DNA from: Candidatus Cloacimonadales bacterium
Lineage (GTDB): Bacteria > Cloacimonadota > Cloacimonadia > Cloacimonadales > JAIOQZ01
Direction of reading: 5' to 3'
Assembly: GCA_963662655.2 (NCBI GenBank)
Contig: CAXXTU010000002.1
Location: 704,001 to 768,000, forward strand
Length of the DNA stretch: 64,000 nt
Shown here: in pieces, positions 28,958 to 39,171 of the stretch
Position numbering within the stretch: the stretch's first letter is position 1
Layout: each line of letters opens with the position of its first letter
The notes under the pieces: model-generated
Told to the model about the DNA's origin: nothing
Seen by the model: the letters and a program-made list of their open reading frames with translations, nothing else
Database searches by the model: none
Translations under genes and position numbers: made by a program

Positions 28958-31597
28958 CTACTTGATCAACATCATTTTGCGTGCAAAGGTATCTCCACCC
29001 GCTTGCAAACGCATCATATAGATACCCGAAGCGAGGGATTTTCCGGTCTCGTCGGTACCGTTCCACACAACCGAGTGACTGCCCTGGGTCATGCGTGAAT
29101 TCGCGAGCGTCTTCACTTTCTGACCGCGGATGTTGTAGATACTCAGGGAGACATGGGAGTCGTTTGCCAGGCTGAACTGGATGCGTGTCTCGGGATTGAA
29201 CGGATTCGGGAAGTTGCCGGCGAGAGCCGTCGTGAAGTCCGGGACTTCGGTTGGCTCGTTCGCGTTGGTTGGATCCATCACGAAATCCACATCGTCGATA
29301 ACCTCTCCGGCCGTAATTTCAATGCCCTCGATCACCTCGGGATCGCAATCCGTGAAGGAGGCGTAGATATCGTAGGTTCCGGCTGGGAGTTCAAGGGAGT
29401 AGTAGCCGCTGTCGTCGGCGTGAGCAATGAAGTTGCCTGTTCCGACCATCGCGTCCCGAAGTTCTCTGGTATCGTCAACGGTAATCTGCCCGTTGATTGT
29501 CCCGTAATCCACTGCGGAAATCACGGCGTCGATATTGAAATTGAAGTCCTGCGCAGTTGTGAGATTGACCCAGCTTGTCGTGCAGATCAATGCGCCTTTC
29601 CCCGTCACACGTGGTCCGTTATCGTGCCAGGCTACGTTCCCGTTCACAGCGTGGATGTGGTAACCGACGAAGTATTCCTGTGCAGGATCGATCAACACGT
29701 ATGGCTCGACTTCGACCTCATACCATTGGTTCGCTTCGAAAGACTCGAGCACTTGCTCCGCGATGATCTGCTCGCCCATCCAGACCTCCGCCGTTATTTC
29801 ACCTTCTTCGCTCGATATCGGGGTTTTAAACCGCACCGCGCGGATCGCTTCGCCCTCGTGTCCCGTCAGGTCGTCCTGACTCAATCGGATTCCGCAACTG
29901 AGCGTGTAGTCGATGCCGATGGAGAAGATTTCATCGGGCGTTCCGCTGAATCCGACGCCCAGTTTTCCTTCGCGGAGTGTCATTTCCACGTCGGTATCCT
30001 GATCGTCGGCAGTTAGCGTGAACTCGGCGCTTCCGAAGTATCCGTCCCCGGCGCTCGCGCTGAGGGTGTATGTGCCCGGAAGGATTTCGGGGAAGCTGAA
30101 ATTGCCGTATTCGTCGGCGTAATCGATACCGAGCAGCCGCCCGTCTTTGTAAAGGCAAACGCCTGCGCCGTCAGTTGCGACGCTCGCGTTGACCTGGCCG
30201 GTGAGGGCTTCGTAATTGGCAAGATCGAAATCGATGTTCGTGGTGTTTTCATCGATGGTTATCTCGAATTGGTCGAAGTACATTCTGTTTCCGAGAGTGG
30301 CCGTCGCTGTATAGGTGCCGGGGAAAATCGCCGGTATGTCGTAGGATCCTGAAGCGTTGTCGACGTAGACTTCGAAATCGTAGTCTCCGTCGAAGAAGAC
30401 ATAAGCGCCTTCCGCGGAAGAGCCATCGACGTTTACGTTACCGCTGATATGCACGGGATGCTCTCCGCCTTCGATATTGTAGACCATGCCTGAAACAATA
30501 GTGTAACCGCTGGGCATTCCCTCCGGCAAGATATACCAGCACGAGCTGTCCGATGATCCCCAACCGAAGTTCAGGTGGTAGTAATCGTCCGTGTTGTAGC
30601 CGTCGCAGTTGATCGCGTGACCGGAATCGTAATCCGGCGTGTTGATGGAAAGTTCGGTTGGTCTGGCGTATTTCATTTCTTCGGCCAGCATGTCCAGCAG
30701 GCTGTAGCTCCAATCCATATAGAAAGCCGAATCGTAATCGAATTTGTTTGGGAGGGCCGAAGCGACAAGCTCCGTCCAGCTTCCGCTTCCATCGGAAGAA
30801 TAGGACATCTGAACGCTGATACCTGCTGCGAAGTTGAGTGCAGCATAGTCCTGCGCAGTCCAATCGATTCCTGCGTCGATGTGGTCACCAAGTGTGTCGA
30901 GGTAACCGTTAAGCTCGCTAAATGAAGGGAAATCGTGTTCTTCATGGTCTCCGTCAATCGCGATTCCGTTCCACCAGCCGGAGACATACGCGTCGGACTG
31001 ATCGAACGACACATCGCCGATGTGCTGGTGGTAGTATATCAGCATGGACATCGCTGTCGCCACGCAACCGACGACAGAACGCTCTCCGCCGTTATCGAGC
31101 GGACACATGTCGTTGTAAACGCCCGATTGATTCCAACGGGTAAGCAGCCAGCCGTCCGTGGTGGTCGAGCCATCCGCAGGCCATTGCTGGAAACCCGGAT
31201 CGGGGCGGCTCATTGTCAACATCGTTTCCCAAGTTGGGTCGGCTTCATTGATTCCCTGATCCGCAAACCAGGCCATCCGGTTTGCGATATCCGCGTTGAT
31301 CATGCTAACGAGCGGGTTCTCGGGGTCGTTGATGAATCCGTGCTTGAATGAGTACGCGAGAACGGGGGGGAGCTGGTTGTCTGCGGAAACTATGATAAAG
31401 CCAGGCTCATCGAGCTGATAGACATACGCGTTTGGCGCGGCTCTGTTCCCGATGGTTTCCTGATCCATAATATGTTTATCGACGCCGCGAATCTGCAGGA
31501 AACTCTCGGCGACATCTCTCGAAACAGCTTCTTCTACCGGCGCTGCAAACAGAAGCAGGTTCAGGCATAGAAGCATGATAATCGTGGTAATCCTCAT
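28958..31597 (-). CDS. Secreted C10 (streptopain/SpeB-like) cysteine peptidase with propeptide, Ig-like repeats and FlgD-Ig domain
   Basis: WNQSGVYNDMCP, VGCVATAM, GHAINCDGY, YHLNFGWG; NFPNPFNPET. Confidence 0.9.
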   Translation of the reverse strand: MRITTIIMLLCLNLLLFAAPVEEAVSRDVAESFLQIRGVDKHIMDQETIGNRAAPNAYVYQLDEPGFIIVSADNQLPPVLAYSFKHGFINDPENPLVSMINADIANRMAWFADQGINEADPTWETMLTMSRPDPGFQQWPADGSTTTDGWLLTRWNQSGVYNDMCPLDNGGERSVVGCVATAMSMLIYYHQHIGDVSFDQSDAYVSGWWNGIAIDGDHEEHDFPSFSELNGYLDTLGDHIDAGIDWTAQDYAALNFAAGISVQMSYSSDGSGSWTELVASALPNKFDYDSAFYMDWSYSLLDMLAEEMKYARPTELSINTPDYDSGHAINCDGYNTDDYYHLNFGWGSSDSSCWYILPEGMPSGYTIVSGMVYNIEGGEHPVHISGNVNVDGSSAEGAYVFFDGDYDFEVYVDNASGSYDIPAIFPGTYTATATLGNRMYFDQFEITIDENTTNIDFDLANYEALTGQVNASVATDGAGVCLYKDGRLLGIDYADEYGNFSFPEILPGTYTLSASAGDGYFGSAEFTLTADDQDTDVEMTLREGKLGVGFSGTPDEIFSIGIDYTLSCGIRLSQDDLTGHEGEAIRAVRFKTPISSEEGEITAEVWMGEQIIAEQVLESFEANQWYEVEVEPYVLIDPAQEYFVGYHIHAVNGNVAWHDNGPRVTGKGALICTTSWVNLTTAQDFNFNIDAVISAVDYGTINGQITVDDTRELRDAMVGTGNFIAHADDSGYYSLELPAGTYDIYASFTDCDPEVIEGIEITAGEVIDDVDFVMDPTNANEPTEVPDFTTALAGNFPNPFNPETRIQFSLANDSHVSLSIYNIRGQKVKTLANSRMTQGSHSVVWNGTDETGKSLASGIYMMRLQAGGDTFARKMMLIK

Positions 31598-31819
31598 AAT
31601 TCTCTCTCCAAAGTCCTTTTGTATATAATATTCCATTATATATAGCATGCACATTTTATTCCAGTAATGTTTCACTGTGTCAAATATCGATTCTGTCATC
31701 GAAGCGGCCAGATTTTAGTTATCAAATTGAAACAACCCAAGGTCTTGCAGAAAAATGGGGGTATGCGTGAATCTCTTTCAATGTTGACACAGAAAAGCGC
31801 TTTGGATTAATCTGCCGCC

Positions 31820-32191
31820 ATGAGAGCATATATATTATTCATGATTGCCTTCATGTTGTTTCTGGGGGCGTGTTCTGCCAACCGCCACGAGATAACGGAA
31901 CCCCTGCCCAAGCCGGGTAAATGGCTCGATCCGGAGACCAACATCCGCTTCACGATCGTGCAGAAGGGCGATCGTATCGTCGTTACGGAAGCAAAGGACA
32001 TGGATGACAGGGAAGATCTGGTCATCGTGAATTCGAATTATGAATTGGGGGTACTGAGCTGGAGTTACTACATCCCATCCACGAAGTTTACCGTGGTGTG
32101 CAGGACGCTGGAATACACGGAGAACACGATAGACTTCAAATGGAACAATGGCATTCTGAAGGGAACGGAGACGCTTCGCAGAGTGAATTGA
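31820..32191 (+). CDS. Hypothetical lipoprotein
   Basis: Lipobox LGAC; TTGACA at 31784, no RBS. Confidence 0.75.
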   Translation: MRAYILFMIAFMLFLGACSANRHEITEPLPKPGKWLDPETNIRFTIVQKGDRIVVTEAKDMDDREDLVIVNSNYELGVLSWSYYIPSTKFTVVCRTLEYTENTIDFKWNNGILKGTETLRRVN

Positions 32192-32671
32192 TCAATCGTC
32201 CCGCGATTCCTTGCCGTCCGCGTCGATAATGTCCTCGTCCATCTCGATCAAATCATCCACACGGCTGTCAAGCATCAGATCGCGCTTCATCATCCCGCGA
32301 TCGAACCATAAATCGTAGAGCAATTCTCCGGATTCGTCCCACCCGCGAAATCTTCCGTGCAGCATTCCGTTGCGATAGGAAGCCTCAAGTTCCTTTTTCG
32401 TATTCGGATAGAACAGAACATTGAAGCCGTTCTTCTCCCCATTCGAATACTGACAAATCCCCTGGATAGATCCGTCGGGGTACATATTATAGCTCACTCC
32501 GCTGAATGGAGAATTGTTCGAGTACGTCAGATTTCCAAGGTTCTCCAATTGGCCTGCATCAATGGCTTGATTCAGATCGAAATCACTGACAGATAAACCT
32601 CCATCGTCTTCACTCGCGAAGATCATCGATGCACACAACGTCAACAATACAAGCCAGAAATATCTATACAT
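32192..32671 (-). CDS. Secreted MORN-variant repeat (YwqK-like) protein
   Basis: Signal peptide; YSNGEKNG..FYPN, YRNGMLHG..WDESG repeats. Confidence 0.75.
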   Translation of the reverse strand: MYRYFWLVLLTLCASMIFASEDDGGLSVSDFDLNQAIDAGQLENLGNLTYSNNSPFSGVSYNMYPDGSIQGICQYSNGEKNGFNVLFYPNTKKELEASYRNGMLHGRFRGWDESGELLYDLWFDRGMMKRDLMLDSRVDDLIEMDEDIIDADGKESRDD

Positions 32672-32822
32672 AGCATCCTTCCTGTTACTGTCTATTAAAA
32701 AAATAGTAGAATTTATCGCTCGCGCAACCATAAACCTCTCAATTCACGCGGCCAAGAAATCCTTGACATACTGTGATTGTCCAGCGTTTTAACACTCATG
32801 GTTTATATCTTTGGGAGGTATC

Positions 32823-33725
32823 ATGCAGGTAAAAGTACTTGATGATCTTATCACTTTAGCTCAATCCAGGCCTCGAAAGCGACTCGTGGTGGCTTTCGGT
32901 CAGGATCCAAACACAATTGGAGCGGTTCAGAAAGCTGTTGAAATGAAAATCGTCGACGCCACGTTGGTGGGTGACCAGGAAGAAATTATCAGTCTGTGCA
33001 AGAAGCACTCGATCGATCCGGGAATTTTTGAGATCGTACACGTGCCGGACGAGACCGAATCCGGAAATGTCAGTGTCCAAATGATCCACGAGGGGAAGGC
33101 CGATATGATCATGAAGGGGCTGATCAGCACCGACAAGTACATGCGCTCGATTCTTAACAAGGAATTCGGCATGTTGAAGCCGGGAGCCACCTTATCTCAC
33201 GTTTCGGTGATTGAAGTTCCAATGTATCACAAACTCCTCATCGTGGGCGATGTCGCGATCATTCCCGAACCCGATTTGAAGCAAAAAATAGCCATCACGA
33301 ACTTCTTGATCGACGCTGCACACAATATCGGGATCGAGAAGCCGAAGGTTGCGATTGTCGCAGCGACGGAGAAAGCGAATCCCAAGATGCAGGTATGTGT
33401 CGATGCGGCGATTATCTCCAAGATGGCGGATCGAGGACAGATCAAAGGTGCGTATGTGGACGGCCCGGTTGCGCTGGATGTTGCAATTGATAAAGAAAGC
33501 TGCGAAATCAAGAAGATTGATAGTCCCGTTGCTGGCGATGCGGACTGTCTTTTGTTCCCTGATATTCATTGTGGCAATGTTTTCTATAAAGCCATGACAA
33601 AGCTTGCCGGCGCTGAGCTTGCCGCCGTCGTGATCGGTGCGGAGAAACCCGCGATTCTCAGCTCGCGTGGCGATAGCGAGAAAACGAAACTCTATTCCAT
33701 CACGCTTGCTGCACTTATGTCGTAA
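32823..33725 (+). CDS. ptb: Phosphate butyryltransferase / phosphate acyltransferase
   Basis: ADMIMKG, VDGPVALDVAI, VAGDADCLLFPDI..GN, LSSRGDS. Confidence 0.88.
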   Translation: MQVKVLDDLITLAQSRPRKRLVVAFGQDPNTIGAVQKAVEMKIVDATLVGDQEEIISLCKKHSIDPGIFEIVHVPDETESGNVSVQMIHEGKADMIMKGLISTDKYMRSILNKEFGMLKPGATLSHVSVIEVPMYHKLLIVGDVAIIPEPDLKQKIAITNFLIDAAHNIGIEKPKVAIVAATEKANPKMQVCVDAAIISKMADRGQIKGAYVDGPVALDVAIDKESCEIKKIDSPVAGDADCLLFPDIHCGNVFYKAMTKLAGAELAAVVIGAEKPAILSSRGDSEKTKLYSITLAALMS

Positions 33726-33747
33726 GGGATTGTCCTGATGTTTTTCG

Positions 33748-33773
33748 AGGCTGCTACGGCAGCCTTTTTTTTT
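33748..33773 (+). terminator. Intrinsic terminator
   Basis: AGGCTGC-TACG-GCAGCCT plus T run. Confidence 0.8.
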
Positions 33774-34282
33774 AAAATTTTCATCCGAATGAACGCGGGG
33801 AGTGGGAAAGGTACCTGCAAGGTGATGCTGCTCAATTCGTGTCATATTTAGCTTTATTATCATTTCGGTAGTAACCTTAAAAACTTGTTTTGTATCGAGA
33901 ATGCCTGATTCAGACTTTCCTGAATGCGTTAGAAAATCAGCATATCGTGATTTTGATGAGTTTGTGGATTGACAATCACTTTGTTCATGTATTGAAAATA
34001 ACGAAAAAGCAGATGGAATATTTGGCAATTTGCATAGGAATATTATATTGTATTTTGCTTGTGAGGCAACTGCTCAATGTTATGGGGCTGTTTCACGACT
34101 GTTAGTGCAACTGAACCCCTTCCCAATTGATATATTTAACAGTAACATCGTTTTTTGGCGTGAGTTCAGAAACAATGTTGAACATTGAACGCTGAACTCG
34201 AGTTGATTTTCCAAATCGTATAAGAAAAGTCATATGAAGATTATCTAACAACGCCCCAACAGACTTTACAAAGGAGTAAGAC

Positions 34283-35584
34283 ATGAAAACAAGTTTTATC
34301 TGTATCATTATGATTCTCGTTTCCACAGTACTCATGGGAGTAACGGATCTCCAGAATTTCAACAATACCAGTGATTTGACCACGTGGTTCAATCCCGATG
34401 CGACCCCGGTATTCACCAATATATCGACAGGTGGATTGAGCAATTCAGGCAGCGTTTCCATTCCTATAGGCAGTTTCGACGTTTGGACGGGAGTATATTC
34501 GTTCGGACTTCCGTCTATAGGCAATCAGGCTGTTTTAAGCGGATATTTTTTAATCGGTGCTAATAGCGGCTACTCTGGCTTCGGTCTTGCTACGGCGGAC
34601 GTCAATGAGATCAACAATGAATGTAATATCACAACATCCAACAGTCTTGGCGTTCAATTCCATGGTGGTGGTGGAGCTTTCTTCAACAATACGGCAAGCC
34701 AAAACCTGGACTGGTTCGACGAGGATGGAGACCTGCTTGAGGGGAGCTGGTATAAAATCACCTTCACGATTGACAGAACTGCCGAGAGTACATTCGATCT
34801 CGAAATGGACATCTGGTTGTCCGATTCGGATGGTGTCCTTCAGAGTCGGCACACAATTCAGAATTGGAGCTGCACGAACACCGATATAAGCGCCGCCGCA
34901 GAATTGTATCCGTATTTTTGCAATGCAAGTGAGCGCTCGTCCCATATGGACGACTTCTACGTGCAAGCCGAAGAGATCACGTTACCCGTAACGATGTCCT
35001 CCTTCACAGCATCCGTGACCGCTTCCAACTTCGTAATGCTTCAGTGGATCACCGAATCCGAGAGCGAGATGATGGGATACAACGTCCATCGTAGCGCGGC
35101 TGCAAACCTCGAAGACGCGATCCGGATGAATGTGTTGACAATCCCCGCATATAATAATCCCACTCAAAGCGAGTACAGCTACATGGATGAGGAAGTCGAT
35201 TCCGAACAAACATACTACTACTGGCTGGAGAGCGTTGAGCTGAACGGTTCGTCGAGATTCTACGGCCCGCAGATTGTGACCGTTACAGAAACATCAGAAC
35301 CGGACGATACTCCAGAGGTTGTGTATGCGACTGGAATAAAGAGTGTATTCCCCAATCCGTTCAACCCTATGACGACCATTAGCTACAGTTTGGCGAGCGA
35401 TCAGACCGTTCACTTCACCATGTTCGATCTAAAAGGGCGCAAGGTGGGTGAGATGACGAAACAGGGAAACAAAGGTAATAACACTGTCACCTGGAACGCA
35501 GAAGGTCTCTCTTCGGGTATCTACTTCATCCGCATGAACGCAGGTGGTGAGGAAGAGACCCGTAAGGTGATGCTATTGAAGTAA
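34283..35584 (+). CDS. Secreted protein with T9SS-like C-terminal sorting domain
   Basis: Signal peptide; TLPVTMSSFTA..LQWITESE; FPNPFNP..TRKVMLLK. Confidence 0.8.
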   Translation: MKTSFICIIMILVSTVLMGVTDLQNFNNTSDLTTWFNPDATPVFTNISTGGLSNSGSVSIPIGSFDVWTGVYSFGLPSIGNQAVLSGYFLIGANSGYSGFGLATADVNEINNECNITTSNSLGVQFHGGGGAFFNNTASQNLDWFDEDGDLLEGSWYKITFTIDRTAESTFDLEMDIWLSDSDGVLQSRHTIQNWSCTNTDISAAAELYPYFCNASERSSHMDDFYVQAEEITLPVTMSSFTASVTASNFVMLQWITESESEMMGYNVHRSAAANLEDAIRMNVLTIPAYNNPTQSEYSYMDEEVDSEQTYYYWLESVELNGSSRFYGPQIVTVTETSEPDDTPEVVYATGIKSVFPNPFNPMTTISYSLASDQTVHFTMFDLKGRKVGEMTKQGNKGNNTVTWNAEGLSSGIYFIRMNAGGEEETRKVMLLK

Positions 35585-35611
35585 TTGACTTTTCGTAATT
35601 GATAAAAGTAC

Positions 35612-35636
35612 AGCCGGTGCGAAGCCGGCTTTTTTT
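35612..35636 (+). terminator. Intrinsic terminator
   Basis: AGCCGG/CCGGCT stem plus T run. Confidence 0.7.
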
Positions 35637-35785
35637 GCTGGTATAACGTCATGGCATCTTTGCCCAATCATGTCACTCCACCGTGGATATAACATGTCCT
35701 CGAAGCTATCGAATGTACTGATAGGACATGTAACACCACGCCTGCGTGACATGATTGAACAAATCTGCTCATGACTATTGCCGTG

Positions 35786-38170
35786 TCAATCTGTTCGAAG
35801 GGAATCCACCGGTTTGATCCGCGAAACCTGAAGAATCCTGTACAGCATGGTTGCCACGGCGAAAACGACGATGACAGTGAACGGTATCGCGAAGTGGAGC
35901 CAGTTAATTGGGATACGGTAGTAGAACATCCCGATGAATTTACCTGAGAAATACCACGCTACGGGAATCGCGGGAAGTGCGGCGATCACAATCAGACCGA
36001 GGAAATCTTTGAGAAGTCGTATGGAGATATCGCTCGAAGTAGCTCCTATGACCTTGCGGATGCCGATTTCCCGCGTTCGCTGCTCGGTAATGAACACATT
36101 CAAGCCATAAAGGCCGATAAACGAAAGCAAGATCGATAAAAGCGCAAACCAGACGACGACATTCTTGATGTAGCTGAAGTAGCCGTATGAGCTCTCGATC
36201 ATGTCGGGAAGAAGATCGTACTCGAACGGGATGTCCGGGAATAACCGGGCGAAAGTCTCTTTCACATAATCAAACGTTTGCGCCCGACTCTCCGGAGCTA
36301 TCTTGATAAGAAGTGACTTACAGAATATAGCGTTCTGCCAGATTACCAGTGGCGATGCACCGCCTCCGGGGAGACTGTTCTCGAAGTCCTTTACGATCCC
36401 TATGATCGTACCGTTGAAGCGATGCAGGCGCAAGCTGTATCCAATGGGGTTTTCCAGATTCATCAGGGTAACGGCTCGTTCATTGAGGATAAAATCGTGT
36501 CCATCATCGGAAAGGTTATCGGATTGCAGGTAGTTCATCTCATTGAAATTTCTTCCGGCGATAAGGTCAAGGCCCAACGCGTCGATAATCCCATCGTCGG
36601 TCATCAGGAACTTGAAGTATAGATCCGTGTCACCCTCTTTACCTTCCCAGAATACAGGATTTCCAAACATAATCTGATAGGGAGAGTCCGAGACATGCGT
36701 CACAGCCAGCACCCCGGGATTGACCAGTAGCTTCTCGCGCAGTATTTCGTATTTGTCACCATACTGATGATTGAAGGCGATACTCAGCACCGCATCGGGA
36801 TTGAAGCCAGGGTCTTTGGCAAGCATGAAACGGAACTGCTTAACAATGATGAACGCGGTGGTCAGCAGCGTGATCGTTACGAAGAACTGGAACACGACAA
36901 GCGTTTTCCTGAGCAACTGCCTGGACGATCCGCTCGTGTGATAATACTTGGTCGAGACTGGATTGAATTCGGAGAGGTACATTGCCGGCAAGAATCCCGA
37001 GAGAAAGCTAACGGCGAGCACCAGCAGGGGGAGACTCAGCCAGAGGAGACGGTTTCCCCATTCAAGCTTGATCTCATCCCGCATCAACAGGTTGAAGCCC
37101 GGCAGCATGATTTCGACGAGAATGATTGAAATGACGATCGCGAGCGATACGATGATCAGCGCTTCGAGCATGAACTGCATCCAAAGCTGCGCACGGTTGG
37201 CTCCCACGATCTTGCGAATGCCCACTTCCCTGATTCGCGTAAATGCTCGCGCCATTGAGAGATTGAGGTAATTGATGCACGCGATACTGAGAATAACCAG
37301 CCCCGCTGCGCCGAAGATGAAAATGTAGATCAGGCTTTCCGATGGGGTTCCATCGGGTTTATGCAAGTGAATCTGTGAAAACTCCTGCAAGTGCAGCACT
37401 GCCCCGATTTCGTATTCGCGCGGACTGTATCGCTCGATCGCTTTTTCGATCTTGCTTTCGACCATATCCAACTCCTCGCCTTGATGCAGAAGTACATAGG
37501 CTTGAGTCTCGTAGGTCCATTTGCTCAGATTCTCTTTGCCTAGAACCTCCATCGGGAGGATGTAATCGAAGTCCAGGGACGAGTTGGACGGCATGTCATC
37601 GACAATAGCCCGAACCGTGAATTCCCCCTGAACAAGGCCCGAATTCAAGTCGTCGAACTCGACATGTATAACCTGTTCCATCGGATCGTTCTCACCGAAA
37701 AGCTTTTCGGCGCATGAGCGCGAGATGACAATGGAGCGGACATCCTCCAGCGCGCTTTCGGGATCGCCTCGCAGCACGGGGATATCGAAGATGCGGAAGA
37801 ATCCAGGCTCGGTGAGGGCTATGCTGCTCTCGTTGAAGCCTTGGCCTTTTACCCTGATTGTTACGTCATCGATGGAACGAAGCCTTGTGCCGTCTTCGAT
37901 CTCCGGGTATTCATCCACGATTATCGGTAAGATCGCGTACGGCGTGATGTGTCTCAGGTACATTTCTCCGCTAATCTCTACTCCAACCAGCAAACACGCG
38001 ATGCGATCGAGCTTCTCGTGGTGGTGGTCGAAAAGGAGGTGGCTCTGAATCCAGAGGACGAGAAGGATGCTCACCGCGATTCCGATTGACAGTCCGGCGA
38101 TGTTGATGAGCGTGAATCCCCGATGACGGAAGAGATTCCTGAAAGCGATTCTAAGAAAATTACGCAGCAT
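35786..38170 (-). CDS. MacB/FtsX-family ABC transporter permease (duplicated architecture)
   Basis: NIAGLSIG, REVGIRKIVGA, REIGIRKVIGA, KPVDSLR. Confidence 0.9.
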   Translation of the reverse strand: MLRNFLRIAFRNLFRHRGFTLINIAGLSIGIAVSILLVLWIQSHLLFDHHHEKLDRIACLLVGVEISGEMYLRHITPYAILPIIVDEYPEIEDGTRLRSIDDVTIRVKGQGFNESSIALTEPGFFRIFDIPVLRGDPESALEDVRSIVISRSCAEKLFGENDPMEQVIHVEFDDLNSGLVQGEFTVRAIVDDMPSNSSLDFDYILPMEVLGKENLSKWTYETQAYVLLHQGEELDMVESKIEKAIERYSPREYEIGAVLHLQEFSQIHLHKPDGTPSESLIYIFIFGAAGLVILSIACINYLNLSMARAFTRIREVGIRKIVGANRAQLWMQFMLEALIIVSLAIVISIILVEIMLPGFNLLMRDEIKLEWGNRLLWLSLPLLVLAVSFLSGFLPAMYLSEFNPVSTKYYHTSGSSRQLLRKTLVVFQFFVTITLLTTAFIIVKQFRFMLAKDPGFNPDAVLSIAFNHQYGDKYEILREKLLVNPGVLAVTHVSDSPYQIMFGNPVFWEGKEGDTDLYFKFLMTDDGIIDALGLDLIAGRNFNEMNYLQSDNLSDDGHDFILNERAVTLMNLENPIGYSLRLHRFNGTIIGIVKDFENSLPGGGASPLVIWQNAIFCKSLLIKIAPESRAQTFDYVKETFARLFPDIPFEYDLLPDMIESSYGYFSYIKNVVVWFALLSILLSFIGLYGLNVFITEQRTREIGIRKVIGATSSDISIRLLKDFLGLIVIAALPAIPVAWYFSGKFIGMFYYRIPINWLHFAIPFTVIVVFAVATMLYRILQVSRIKPVDSLRTD

Positions 38171-38270
38171 ACCATTCCCCCAAAACCTTGTTCATTAGTG
38201 AACGCACGATGATCACCAACGAACATTAAAACATTCGCATATCCCGTTAATTGTTGTAAAGAAATTATTA

Positions 38271-38286
38271 TGCAAGATTGGTGCCT
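38271..38286 (-). promoter_or_regulatory. Putative sigma-54 (-24/-12) promoter
   Basis: Minus strand AGGCAC-CAATC-TTGCA (GG-N10-GC), ~100 bp upstream of the permease start. Confidence 0.6.
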
Positions 38287-38413
38287 ATTGCTGATTTTAG
38301 TATATGAAAAAGAATAAAGAAATAGGTTGCCGATTTATTACCGAAAGCGTATTTTGACGGGTATCGATGATCAATACACGACACCGAAACCACCAGGGAA
38401 AAAGGAGCTGGAA

Positions 38414-39154
38414 ATGAGCGACCGGGAGTCAAAGATGTACGAGAAGATACTGGAATCCATTAACAAATATAACTGTCAGCTTGTTTGCGATTACGGGTGC
38501 GGCGACGGCGAGTTGCTCGATTACCTGAAGGACAAGAAACCCGATCTGGAGCTGTACGGGATCGATTATTTCTCGAAGTGGAAGGATGAGGGAGGGGCGG
38601 AGAACTATGTCAAGATCGATCGGGAAGGCGAATATTTCACGAAGCTTGCCGGTCTACGGATGTTCGACATGGTGGTCTCGACGCACGCCCTGCATCATTT
38701 TCAGTACCCGGTTAGCGAGCTGAGGACCATCGCCGGCATGATTCGCCCGGGTGGGTTGCTCGATCTGTACGACCACTGTTTCGATCACGGGTCGCAGCGG
38801 GGGTACGTGCGGTCGCTTTCCTCCCTGATCGGCGAGGCGACAAGCGCGCTACGCGGAATGTATCACCGCCATCACTATTCGCTGGAGGAAGCGGTGGATT
38901 TGCTGTCCGTAATATCTGGAGAGATGCTGGTTCATGAGGAGTTCAGGCTCGATGTCTCCGAAGAGGAGAGCGAGCAGTCCGCAAAGCGGAATCTCGAGCG
39001 CATCCAGGGTATGATTGACAAGATCACGCCGAAGTGGCCGGAATTCTGGCTCGATATCTTTCTGCCACTACTTGAGCTGGATTACAGGACCATCGAAAAA
39101 ACCGGTATGGACACCAGCTTGATGCTGCATATCATTGTACAGGTGAATGAATAG
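38414..39154 (+). CDS. Class I SAM-dependent methyltransferase
   Basis: DYGCGDG, YGID, FDMVVSTHALHH, RPGG; AAGGAG RBS. Confidence 0.85.
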   Translation: MSDRESKMYEKILESINKYNCQLVCDYGCGDGELLDYLKDKKPDLELYGIDYFSKWKDEGGAENYVKIDREGEYFTKLAGLRMFDMVVSTHALHHFQYPVSELRTIAGMIRPGGLLDLYDHCFDHGSQRGYVRSLSSLIGEATSALRGMYHRHHYSLEEAVDLLSVISGEMLVHEEFRLDVSEEESEQSAKRNLERIQGMIDKITPKWPEFWLDIFLPLLELDYRTIEKTGMDTSLMLHIIVQVNE

Positions 39155-39171
39155 CTGATTGATTGGGGCCG

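Noticed and set aside
32192..32671. Toxin-antitoxin system (YwqK-like antitoxin)
   Set aside because: MORN-variant repeats are widespread and no toxin gene is adjacent
33780..34280. AT-rich gap with ORFs 33890..34105 and 34102..34524
   Set aside because: No RBS or recognisable motif; best read as the upstream regulatory region of the secreted protein gene
35641..35785. Integron attC site
   Set aside because: No proper RYYYAAC...GTTRRRY ends, single occurrence, no integrase
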